From: Victivallales bacterium
GTDB taxonomy: Bacteria; Verrucomicrobiota; Lentisphaeria; Victivallales; GWF2-38-69
Reading direction: 5' to 3'
NCBI GenBank assembly: GCA_963678745.2
Contig: CAXXMS010000003.1
Coordinates: 35,979 to 99,978 of the forward strand
DNA: 64,000 nt
In this document: positions 28,717-38,142 of the stretch, one piece after another
Layout of the letters: every line of letters begins with the position of its first letter
Numbering within the stretch: position 1 is the stretch's first letter
Translations under genes and position numbers: made by a program
Notes under the pieces: model-generated
Told to the model about the DNA's origin: nothing
Database searches by the model: none
Seen by the model: the letters and a program-made list of their open reading frames with translations, nothing else

Positions 28717-29965
28717 CTATCTACAAACCGCAGGTTTACCCCCTATTTGCCAGTGTGCAAATAACTGAGGGGTATTAATTGCCAGTCGCCCCAGCCATAA
28801 CCTTGCCCTTTGTCTACGTCTTCTAAATCTTTTAAATTTTCTAGTTGCCCACTTTGCAAGGGTTTCATTTAAATGCCTGAATACAGGATAAAGAGCAGAC
28901 TTGCAATATTTTCCAAAATAATTTATCCATCCTCTTATTACTGGATTGTACATTCTTGATATATCCTGAATGGTTTTATCGCTTCTCAATCTAATTTTCC
29001 AATTTCTGGTAGTCTGTCTCATACTGATACAGGCACTGCGACTGACAGCAGGAGTAAAACTGATAAAGCACTTTCCATACCTGCTTTTTGATCTTCCAGG
29101 TCGAAATGTATAACCAAGAAAATCAAAGCCAGTTGTATGATAGTTCCCCTGACGATTATCATCTTTACAATAAACAATCTTTGTCTTTTTAGGGTGAAGC
29201 TCTAACTTGCATTCTTTGAATCTCTTATGAAGAGAATCCAATAACCTTTTAGCTTCAAGCTCTGTACGGCAATGTACTACCCCGTCATCCGCATATCTAA
29301 CAATGGGGTTTTGGGGGATAATTCTTATTCATCCAGTAATCGAAAACATAATGTAGAAACAGGTTTGCCAACAAAGGACTGATTACTCCACCTTGCGGTG
29401 TTCCTTTAACTCTTGTTTCTATTTTCCCGTTTCTTGTTAATATTGATGCTTTTAGCCACCGTTATATATAAAGAAAAACCCATTTTTCTCTAATATGATG
29501 TTTAACTGCTTTCATCATGAGTTCATGATCTATGTTGTCAAAAAGACCTTTTATATCAAACTCCAGAACCCAGTTAAACCTCCAACACCTCTCTCTCACT
29601 TTACCTATTGCCTGTATCGCTGATTTGTTTGGTCGATACCCAAAGGAATCTTCATGAAAAATAGAGTCAATTATTGGTTCTATATGCATTTTTACTACCA
29701 TTTGTGCAATTCTGTCTGCAACTGTAGGTATTCCTAACATACGTTCGCCACCATTCTTTTTCGGAATAGTAACACATTTCACTGGAGGGGGAAAGTATGT
29801 TCCAGAAGACATCCTGTTCCAGATTTTGTAAAGGTTATTCTTCAAATCCTCTTCAAAATCCATCAACGATTCTTTATCTATACCTGCCGAGCCTTTGTTT
29901 GATTTGACCTTTTTAAAAGCATCAAATACCATCCATTTGGAAATTTTAAACGGTTTTGGATTCAT
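28717..29965 (-). pseudogene. Group II intron reverse transcriptase/maturase, disrupted (one in-frame TAA, one frameshift)
   Basis: The N-terminal ORF 29462-29965 carries RT domains (KKNGGERMLGIPTVADRIAQ, FGYRPNKS). An in-frame stop at 29462-29464 replaces the E of the expected ..YIERWLKA... The middle part reads [19 protein letters not shown], with a frameshift near 29300-29325 before RYADDGVV. The C-terminal ORF 28717-29241 holds the maturase X domain. Confidence 0.85.
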
Positions 29966-30610
29966 AAATTAAATCCTCCTGCTGTAGTAGCTGTTGTTTA
30001 ATTCTGAATCCTCGCAGATGCAACTCCTTCGCTCCACTTTCATTACAGAAGTTTCAGCACTACTACGGGTTGCTCCGCCCCTGCTTATATCATCGGTAAT
30101 GTGATTCTTGCAGGTGTTTCCTGCTTGAATTTTTCCCTTTACATCTATAAACAGGTTCCCAAGTTCCTTATAAAGGCCTGTATAAAAGTCATGCCACCTT
30201 AGTGCCGGGTGCCGCCTGGTCGGTAAACAGGTTTCTTCCAAACTTATCATGGGCCACGACTTTTCCCATTTTTGACATCCATTCCTATGTTTTCGACATT
30301 TCATCAGTGGTTCACTTACGTTCATCTCTTTCATACTTACCTGACAACTTTTATAAGTTGCCTTTTCTTTAAATGCTCCCCATACCAATCGTTGGACTGA
30401 TATGACTTTAAAGTAGTTTGATACCTATTCCTGTAAACAGGCATCGGTGGGCCTACCACCATCCTTTATAAAGCATTGCAAATCATTGTTTCAACCTCCT
30501 AAAGTCCATTAAGCATTTAGGCTATGCCCATTAAACATAAACATGGCGGATTTGGTTTTCATTTTCCATACTCGCATTCTTGCCGCCCAATCATGTACAT
30601 GATTTAATTA

Positions 30611-30701
30611 TATACTCGCTTGGTTGCAAAGATAATTTCAATTAAGATTTTAGGTTAGAAGGGAAATATAAAATCTCGAAAACCAAATCGTTGCGAGTAT
30701 A
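30611..30701. repeat. 91-bp element with 9-nt terminal inverted repeats TATACTCGC/GCGAGTATA
   Basis: tatactcgc at 30611-30619 and gcgagtata at 30693-30701. A third atactcgc lies at about 30567. The TA-TACTC termini resemble the IS630-type ends seen at 27081 and 56125. Confidence 0.45.
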
Positions 30702-30745
30702 TTTCCATTTTTTCTTGGACTTCCATTAAAAGCAACAACTTTCAT
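30650..30745 (-). pseudogene. N-terminal fragment of a flavodoxin-like/NADPH-dependent FMN reductase-type gene
   Basis: On the minus strand, AAGGAG then 9 nt then ATG gives MKVVAFNGSPRKNGNI, a typical start of FMN-reductase-like proteins. The frame then runs into the 91-bp element and terminates. Confidence 0.4.
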
Positions 30746-30792
30746 CTTAATTCACTCCTTTATCCCATACCATTTGCACATTAAAAAACTTA

Positions 30793-32391
30793 TTAATGAA
30801 GTTTTTCTATTTCATCAATTGACAATCCTGTAGATTCTGCAATCATAATATTATCAATACCATTTATCTTCAAATTTTTAGCAATTTCGATTGTTTTTTC
30901 TTTAACATAAAATGCGATAGTAACCTGCTGTGATTCCATCAGTTCTTTTTTGGCCTTATCATCTTTTTCCAAAGCAGTACTTGTTCCAATACATGACAAA
31001 ACACCATCTTTCTCTTTAACGGTAATCCTTGTCTCACACCATATCAATTCACCGCTTTTGTTCTGAAACCAATGTTCAAACACAGGACTAGTCTCTATTC
31101 GTTCCATCCAGCTATAATAAAGATTATGGAACTGGGATGGCACGAAATTAAGCATGCTCATTTTTTCAGTTTTTATAAAATCACTACTATACCCAGTAAT
31201 ATCTCTTACATTATCACTGGCAAAGTTAAAAATTATATCCTTTTTATCTCTATCAAATATACCTCCCCATAATATAGTTTTATTAAGAGCATTTTTAGCA
31301 CTTAACAATAGTTCCCTATTAGTTCTTAATGTTGATATTTCAGTAATATCTCTGGAAATACTGCCTAAATATTTTATGCCATCAAACTTAAGTTCAAATG
31401 TAGTTGCTGATATCACCCTCTGTGTTTTATCAGGTTTGATTATTTTATATTTTCTATATCCAGGATATTTGCCCAAAACTCTGTATTTAAGTTCATAATC
31501 CCGATCATCAGGGTGCACACAATTATTTATTCTGAAAAAATTATCATTAATAAAATTATCTCTGGAATATCCAAAAACTTTTGAATAAGAATTTGAAAGA
31601 TATAATGTTTTAAACGGTTTAAGCTGATAAATACATAAACAGTCTGTAGCATTATTTAGAAAAGCTTCCAGAAGTTGTCTATGTTTCTCCATATCCTTTA
31701 ATTTAGTAATATCGGTATACAAACCTAAAAGTCCAACAATTCCACCTTCCTCATCAAATACGGGTATCTTGGACTTTAGTCCTATTTTCTTTTTTCTTGT
31801 CCCGGGAATAAAACATTCTTCGTTAATTATTGCCTCCCCGGAAGCAATAACCCGATGATCCTCTTCCTCGTTTTTCTTAGCTTCTTTCACAGGGAACAAA
31901 TCTTGGTCTTTTTTCCCTAATACTCTAAAATTTGAAAGCAAAGATAAATTTTTGAGGAATGCATCATTAGCTGTAATATATTTACAGTATTTATCTTTCA
32001 AATATAAAACAGAATTCAATGTGCTCATCAATGCTCTTAGAATAACTTTAACCTGACTCAATTCATTACTGAGAATTTTTATCCCATTTAGCATATCAGA
32101 TATTCTATCCTGATGAATATTATCCTTTTCAATAAAACTCAACCAAGTCTCAGTAAATTCAGACAGCTCAAGCTTTGAAGTTTCATGATCAGGCTCCAAA
32201 TTTGAAATTTCATTAACTGATATGTCCAATACATTAGCCAGTAATCTAATATACCTTTCATCAGGTTCACGCACTCCCCTTTCCCAGATTGAAACAGAAA
32301 CTCTGGAGATATTGGCTTTATCTGCAAGTTCCTGCATAGACATTTTTTTTAATTTTCTAATCTGTCTAAATTTTTCCCGATAAAATTCCAT
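30793..32391 (-). CDS. XRE-family HTH regulator with multiple PAS-like domains (paralog 2)
   Basis: IRKLKKMSMQELADKANISRVSVSIWERGVREPDERYIRLLANVLDISVNEISNLEP, followed by the shared block YLKDKYCKYITANDAF...LFPVKEAKKNEEEDHRV...IPGTRKKKIGLKSKIPV...DITKLKD. Confidence 0.8.
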   Translation of the reverse strand: MEFYREKFRQIRKLKKMSMQELADKANISRVSVSIWERGVREPDERYIRLLANVLDISVNEISNLEPDHETSKLELSEFTETWLSFIEKDNIHQDRISDMLNGIKILSNELSQVKVILRALMSTLNSVLYLKDKYCKYITANDAFLKNLSLLSNFRVLGKKDQDLFPVKEAKKNEEEDHRVIASGEAIINEECFIPGTRKKKIGLKSKIPVFDEEGGIVGLLGLYTDITKLKDMEKHRQLLEAFLNNATDCLCIYQLKPFKTLYLSNSYSKVFGYSRDNFINDNFFRINNCVHPDDRDYELKYRVLGKYPGYRKYKIIKPDKTQRVISATTFELKFDGIKYLGSISRDITEISTLRTNRELLLSAKNALNKTILWGGIFDRDKKDIIFNFASDNVRDITGYSSDFIKTEKMSMLNFVPSQFHNLYYSWMERIETSPVFEHWFQNKSGELIWCETRITVKEKDGVLSCIGTSTALEKDDKAKKELMESQQVTIAFYVKEKTIEIAKNLKINGIDNIMIAESTGLSIDEIEKLH

Positions 32392-32975
32392 AACATTTTA
32401 ACACTTTATCAAACTCATTACTATGCTTATCATCTCAATAAAGACTAAACGCTCATCACTCACACACAGTATCATTATAGATAAAAGATATGCTTAAATC
32501 AAGTTTTGCCAAAACTAATATTAAAAGCTATTATTTATAATCTCCTAATATTCACATTTAAAATATGCATAAAACATTATAGTTGATGAATTTAAAAAAA
32601 TAGAATTGGCCAAATTATTGTTTCAACAATTTGGCTATATCAGCATTACACATATCAACTATCATCATTGAATAATCAACATCTTCAATTCTTTCCATAG
32701 AAACAATAGCATCTTTCATATATTACAGTAATGGCGGCAAGTCATGTATATTCTTCTCATTAGCTTTTGCAAAAGTTGATAACTTGTAAAAATTATATTC
32801 GTTAATACTCATTTTTTCCCTGCTTCCTTTGAGTTAACCTATCGATTTGACTACAGAACACCGAAAATTAAATTATTATAAAGCCAAATACATAACCGCT
32901 AATCTTTATAAATATGTGTGTCTGCAAATATAATATTATTTTCTCCACCAATAATATATTGAGATGCTAACCTTA

Positions 32976-34778
32976 TTATTTAATAGTATTAATAAATCCG
33001 CCTAAAACCAGTCTGTCTGCTTTATTAATTAAAACAATTTGGTTTTCAACTTTAGTTTCTATCATTGTTCTTTTATTTTTAATCAAATACTTAACACTTA
33101 TTCTTTCATTACATTCAGGTATTTTATGACTTTCCAAGTCTTTTAAATTGTCAGGATGAACACATGTTTTCCATAATTGAGGCTCTTTATATAGACGTTT
33201 CCTATCTACTCCCAATATTTTCTGATAACCTTTACTTATGTATAATAACTTATTATCAGGGCTAATCTCCTGAATCCAATAACCTGAAGAAGGTATATCA
33301 ATATTATCAAACAAAATATCTTTATAATGATTGATTCGTTCAAGCTCCTGTTCTTTAATTTTTTCATTGGTAATATTTTCAATAATACCATATCTTATAT
33401 TATTAATTTGATATATTTTCTCTTTAACCCAGACTATTTTTCTTGTTTTCTGCTGAACAATTCTATAGCTCATTTCTTTAGGAAAAACATCAGAATTAAA
33501 CCATGAATAATATTTTCTTCTATCATCAATGTATACAATACTTTTCCAAAGTCTATAATTATTCTTCATACTGCCGGGTTCTATTCCAGCAATTGGATAT
33601 ACATAGTCATTAACAAAATCCAGTTTACTGACATGTTTGCTCCTGCCAACATAAGAATACCAAGCAATCTTGCCATCAATATCAACCAGATTCCTCAAAA
33701 TATCATTAGTTTTCATAAGTTCTTTTTCTTGAGTATGATTCCTAATAATACCTATTCGCATATTTTCAAAATTAAATACTTTTTCTTTTGTAGATAGGAC
33801 TTCACCTGTTTTCGTTTTTATGTCGACATTTCTGACTTGCAATCTACCCGGCTTTTGATACACACTTTTTTTATGTCTTATTATTTCACGCCTATTTAAA
33901 AATTCTTTCCAAAAATCTTGGTTGCTATAGGCATATTCCCTACTATATCCACTCCAATCTTCAAAAATTCTATTCAAATATTTAATATTACAGCTTTTAT
34001 TTCCAATGCCTGACATTTGTGAAACCCATACACCAACATCAATATTATCTAAAGCTGATTCGAGAAGTAAACGCCTTTGTTCTTCTTTTTTTCTATCGGT
34101 TATATCAGTTATTGTAACAATTAAACCAGAAACATATTCATCTTGTTCTGTTAATGGGATCCTGGAAAATAAACCCCACCGTTTTTTTCTTGTTCCTGGT
34201 ATATACCCTTCAATATTTTTTAAAGATTTGCCGCTCATCAACACATCATAATCCTGTTTTCTATTGCTTTCAGCTTCCTTTAGTGAAAACAGGTCTTTAT
34301 CACTTTTCCCGAGAATACTATAATTATCATTTACACCCAGAAGTTTAAGATATGCCTTATTGGCAATAATATATTTACCATTAGCATCTTTAAAATAAAA
34401 CGCAGTATCAATAGCCTTTATTAGAGAATTTAGAATTATATTAGTTTTTGAAAATTCATTGTCAAGAGCACCAATACTATCTTGTAATTTTTTTATTATC
34501 TGAGACTGGGTGTTTCCTTTTAAGTTTAACAAAACCTCGGCCGAGCTGGAATAGTCAACAGGCAGTATTTTCTTTACAGGCTCCATATCAGATATTTCAG
34601 AAACACAGATATTGAGTTTTTTTGCTATAGCAATTACAAATTTATCCCTAGGCTTTCGTTTACCGCTCTCCCATGCCCAGATACTCGCTCTGTTGACTCC
34701 AACAGCATCTGCTAATTCCTGAATAGAACACTCCTTTGAAAGTCTGATTTCTTCTAATTCTTTACCATAAAATTTCAT
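32976..34778 (-). CDS. XRE-family HTH regulator with multiple PAS-like domains (paralog 3)
   Basis: The ATG at 34778 gives MKFYGKELEEIRLSKECSIQELADAVGVNRASIWAWESGKRKPRDKF.... The shared block is FYFKDANGKYIIANKAY...LFSLKEAESNRKQDYDV...IPGTRKKRWGLFSRIPL...DITDRKK. Confidence 0.8.
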   Translation of the reverse strand: MKFYGKELEEIRLSKECSIQELADAVGVNRASIWAWESGKRKPRDKFVIAIAKKLNICVSEISDMEPVKKILPVDYSSSAEVLLNLKGNTQSQIIKKLQDSIGALDNEFSKTNIILNSLIKAIDTAFYFKDANGKYIIANKAYLKLLGVNDNYSILGKSDKDLFSLKEAESNRKQDYDVLMSGKSLKNIEGYIPGTRKKRWGLFSRIPLTEQDEYVSGLIVTITDITDRKKEEQRRLLLESALDNIDVGVWVSQMSGIGNKSCNIKYLNRIFEDWSGYSREYAYSNQDFWKEFLNRREIIRHKKSVYQKPGRLQVRNVDIKTKTGEVLSTKEKVFNFENMRIGIIRNHTQEKELMKTNDILRNLVDIDGKIAWYSYVGRSKHVSKLDFVNDYVYPIAGIEPGSMKNNYRLWKSIVYIDDRRKYYSWFNSDVFPKEMSYRIVQQKTRKIVWVKEKIYQINNIRYGIIENITNEKIKEQELERINHYKDILFDNIDIPSSGYWIQEISPDNKLLYISKGYQKILGVDRKRLYKEPQLWKTCVHPDNLKDLESHKIPECNERISVKYLIKNKRTMIETKVENQIVLINKADRLVLGGFINTIK

Positions 34779-35092
34779 TTTTACACCTGATATCTCTAAC
34801 AATATAAGGAAATTTTTAATAATCTTATTAGTTACTTTTTTTATTCTTTTTATCTGAAAGGAAAATAGAATAAAAACTGACTATTGAAACATGAAGAATT
34901 TTAAAAAAAATTATATTTACATTTCAACACATACACCATTTACATTTTTTGTAAATACAAGCAGCAATTAGAACATTTCTGTAAAGTGTTTATCAATATA
35001 TTTTTTTGATGTTAACACACTTAAATTTTAATCTGCAGAAAAAAACAATATTTTCATTTGCTATAGCTCAAAGATGTATTCGCAAGTGGACT

Positions 35093-36950
35093 GTAGCTAG
35101 AGCGTATCTGAAAAGGCATATTTAACCACGAAGTTCACGAAAAGCACGAAGGAAAAACTTTAATATTCCTTTATAAGGTGTTATATTATAATTGGTTACA
35201 GAAACATAAACATCTCACAAAGGAATATACAAAGATATGTGTAAAACTAACTTTTACAAGATACAAATTTGGCAAAATTAATAAAATTTTCTTTGGAAAC
35301 TGGCAGACTTTATAATGAAATATACAAAAGAATAGAATCAGATCTTGACAGAAAAGGTCTTGAGAAAAAGAAAATACGGATTCAGGACAGAATGTATATA
35401 GCAAAACAAACTGCAATATTAGGAGAAGAATTTATCTGTACTGACAATCTTGAGATCACAGTATCGGAACTTGAAACAGGAAGACCTGGAATTACAGCAG
35501 AAGAAGTGTTTATTTTTATTTGTCTCAGGGGTTATTTTGATTCAGTAACTTCAGAAGAGGCCTGCGAGAGAATGATTGAATCGGTAAGCCTTCAGATATA
35601 TTATCTTGACAGGAATAAGAAAATGCCCGGGCCAAAAACAATAAATGAAAATCTTAATGCTATAAGTAGCGAAACAATGGAATTTATTCATAAATGTCAG
35701 CTTGAACAGTTCCTGGATGAAGACCTTGATGATTTCAGTTATGCGGTTTTTGACAGTACTTCAGTAAATGCCTCCAGTTCCCGGCCTACTGATGCAGCTG
35801 TTATTTACAGACTGTTTAAGAGAATAAGAAAGCAGGCATCAAAATTTGACAGATTCGGATTGGATAATATAAGTGCCAAATATCCGACAAAGTGGCTTAA
35901 AATTCTTTCAGAGCTTCTTTTTAAGATAAACAACACAAAAGGAACCTCCGGCAATCCTAAGAAAGAGAAAATTAAACCTGATTATAAACAGTTTCTGAGA
36001 GCTTCACACAAAATGAATGAGTTCTATATAAAGCAACTTATGAGACTTGAACATGATATGAGGACAGTTGAGCTTAAACCGTCTGAAATGGAAAAACTTC
36101 TATATTTGTTTGAGCATTTAGAGGATGATCTTCTTGCAGTAAGTGCAGTACTGTATTATGCAGAGGAAAGAGTTTTTCTTGATAAAAAACTTCCTTCTTC
36201 AGAAAAAATGTTAAGTCTTTCAGATAAAACGGCGGCTTTCATAAAGAAAGGAAACCGTAATTCAGTTATCGGTTACAAGCCTCAGATAGGGATGTCTAAA
36301 AACGGTTACGTCAGTACTCTTATAATTGAACCCGGCAATGGATCAGATTCCGTTTATTTTGCACCTCTTGTAAAAAAACATATAGAAAATACCGGAGTTA
36401 CTCCTCATCTTGTATCTGCAGATGACAGATATTCTTCTTCAAAAGGAAGAAGCGATGTCCTTGAACTGGGTGTTAAGGATGTAAGTTTCAGCGGTGCAGT
36501 CGGAAGAAAAATTCTTGGAGAAGAACTCTGGAACGATGAAAAATACACAGAAGCCAGAAGAAACAGGTCGGCTGTAGAATCGCTTATGTTTTCATTAAAA
36601 TATACTGTGCATTTCGGAAGACTCAGAAGAAGAGGTATAGAAGCTGTAAAATGTGAAATGCTCGGAAAAATTATCGCATATAATTATCTGCATAAGATAG
36701 TCAGACTCGAAAAACTTGAAAAGTTAGCTGCTTAAAGGCAGCTAAACCTGTAAAAATTTGTTTTATTAAAATAATAACAGGAGGATTCTATTTAAATTTA
36801 TATGAAAATATGATTTTTCCCTGAATTTATCATCCGGGGGATGATAAATGAAATAAGAATATTTCCTGCGGTGCAAAACTTAGGAGAAATTATAAGGGGT
36901 AACGTCAAAACAATATATTGATAAACCCTTTTCAGAAATATTCTAGCTAG
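35093..36950 (+). mobile_element. IS4/IS5-superfamily insertion sequence (~1.86 kb) with ~25-bp terminal inverted repeats
   Basis: The left end is (g)TAGCTAGAGCGTATCTGAAAAGG at 35093-35116. The right end is CCCTTTTCAGAAATATTCTAGCTAG, ending at 36950. The element has a single transposase ORF. Confidence 0.85.
35269..36735 (+). CDS. DDE transposase (IS4/IS5/IS1182-like); start codon uncertain (TTG at 35269)
   Basis: 488 aa. The C-terminal RNRSAVESLMFSLKYTVHFGRLRRRGIEAVKCEMLGKIIAYNYLHKI resembles the conserved R..vE..f..lK......RG...v......a.NL tail of DDE_Tnp_1-type transposases. Confidence 0.75.
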   Translation: MAKLIKFSLETGRLYNEIYKRIESDLDRKGLEKKKIRIQDRMYIAKQTAILGEEFICTDNLEITVSELETGRPGITAEEVFIFICLRGYFDSVTSEEACERMIESVSLQIYYLDRNKKMPGPKTINENLNAISSETMEFIHKCQLEQFLDEDLDDFSYAVFDSTSVNASSSRPTDAAVIYRLFKRIRKQASKFDRFGLDNISAKYPTKWLKILSELLFKINNTKGTSGNPKKEKIKPDYKQFLRASHKMNEFYIKQLMRLEHDMRTVELKPSEMEKLLYLFEHLEDDLLAVSAVLYYAEERVFLDKKLPSSEKMLSLSDKTAAFIKKGNRNSVIGYKPQIGMSKNGYVSTLIIEPGNGSDSVYFAPLVKKHIENTGVTPHLVSADDRYSSSKGRSDVLELGVKDVSFSGAVGRKILGEELWNDEKYTEARRNRSAVESLMFSLKYTVHFGRLRRRGIEAVKCEMLGKIIAYNYLHKIVRLEKLEKLAA

Positions 36951-37300
36951 TCAACAAGGCAATATTACTCTTCCCCTTTACATTTTCCCCTTAGCCCTTA
37001 ATACTTCACTCTTTTACCAAAAATCAGCATAATTCGATCAATTCGTGATTTATAACACAACATAACTTAACACTCTATGTTGCGTTTCACGTTATTCTTC
37101 AAATTGTTTAAATATATCTTTTAGCTTCCCCCCAAGTTTAGCTCAATAGTAAATTACTGGTTAAGAGTTTTTGTTTACCACCTGTCTTCGCTAATGCTTC
37201 GCCATGGCACAGCGAAAAATGAAACTTACGAAGATTTTTAACCACAAATAGACACTTATTAACGCTCATAAATTATTAAATAAATCGAAGGTGGGGGTAT

Positions 37301-38032
37301 ATGATTAAAAGAAAACTCATTATTATTTTTACAGCTTTGTTAACTGCGGCAGCACTTACTGCTCCAGCACTCGGATCTCAGAACTCGCCACTTGCGACTC
37401 GAGACTCTTTACTCAAAGACATTTCAAGCTACCTTCAACAGCAGAACTACGATTCTGAAATTTCAAATAAACTCGCAAAAGCAATCATTAAAGATACTCT
37501 CTATTGGAGTCCACAAAGAAAAGATGTTAAGAATGCCGATTATATTATCGGTTTTTCGTTTGGTAATAGGATTGACAAAGCAGGAAACCGTCATCCAGGC
37601 CCAATGAACGAACAGATCGCTGACTTAATAGTAAAACTCTACAAACAGAATCCTCTACACGTTTACGCTCAATGGGAAATCGCACAGTGCATCGGTGATA
37701 GAATCCCAAAAGACAAAGTTACAGCAATTTTTCCAAAGATCAGCAAAACTGGTGATGTTATCTATCTGAGTACAATTGATGTAGCAGAAGAAATTATAAA
37801 AGATATCGGCAGAGGCAAAGTTGACAGCAAAACGTTTATCGTGGCTGCTTTTAGGGAACACGCACCCAGATGCATTATGGTTTGTCAAAAGTATGGGCTA
37901 AAGAATTCATTTATTCCGCATAACTTTGAACTGCCTGACAAATACGACCCTGAATCAGGACAGCCATGGACCAGGGATAAGTTCAAATATATGATCTACG
38001 ATATGGCATGCAGATTCGAAGATTTGAATTAA
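37301..38032 (+). CDS. Exported protein, possibly DUF218/YdcF-like
   Basis: Signal peptide MIKRKLIIIFTALLTAAALTAPALG/SQ. The body (ADYIIGFSFGN...GPMNEQIADLIVKLY...YAQWEIA...YLSTIDVAEE...FIVAAFREHAPRC) weakly recalls DUF218. It looks G+C-richer than its neighbours by eye. Confidence 0.5.
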   Translation: MIKRKLIIIFTALLTAAALTAPALGSQNSPLATRDSLLKDISSYLQQQNYDSEISNKLAKAIIKDTLYWSPQRKDVKNADYIIGFSFGNRIDKAGNRHPGPMNEQIADLIVKLYKQNPLHVYAQWEIAQCIGDRIPKDKVTAIFPKISKTGDVIYLSTIDVAEEIIKDIGRGKVDSKTFIVAAFREHAPRCIMVCQKYGLKNSFIPHNFELPDKYDPESGQPWTRDKFKYMIYDMACRFEDLN

Positions 38033-38142
38033 AAAAAAGCGAAATTGTTTTTCACATATTATACGATTAAAAGTTAGTAAAAAAGGGAGGAATTTAACAA
38101 AATTTATGAATCAATTTAACAACAATATTATTAAAAACTAAG

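Larger units (their letters stand above)
28648..30560 (-). mobile_element. Group II intron, degenerate (3' end ~28648-28660; 5' boundary not determined)
   Basis: An RT/maturase ORF is followed immediately by a canonical domain V and a domain VI-like hairpin (gagggtgagattccctc). I found no GUGYG 5' end, so the left boundary on the minus strand is approximate. Confidence 0.8.

Noticed and set aside
29969-30388. 139-aa minus-strand ORF upstream of the group II intron RT
   Set aside because: It falls in the region expected to be ribozyme domains I-III of the intron. It has no RBS and a Cys/Trp-rich unnatural composition, so it is most likely non-coding.
37205-37222. Sigma-54-type promoter (TGGCAC) upstream of the first island gene
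   Set aside because: TGGCAC is present, but the required TTGC(A/T) element 4-5 nt downstream is missing; the sequence there is agcgaaaaatga.
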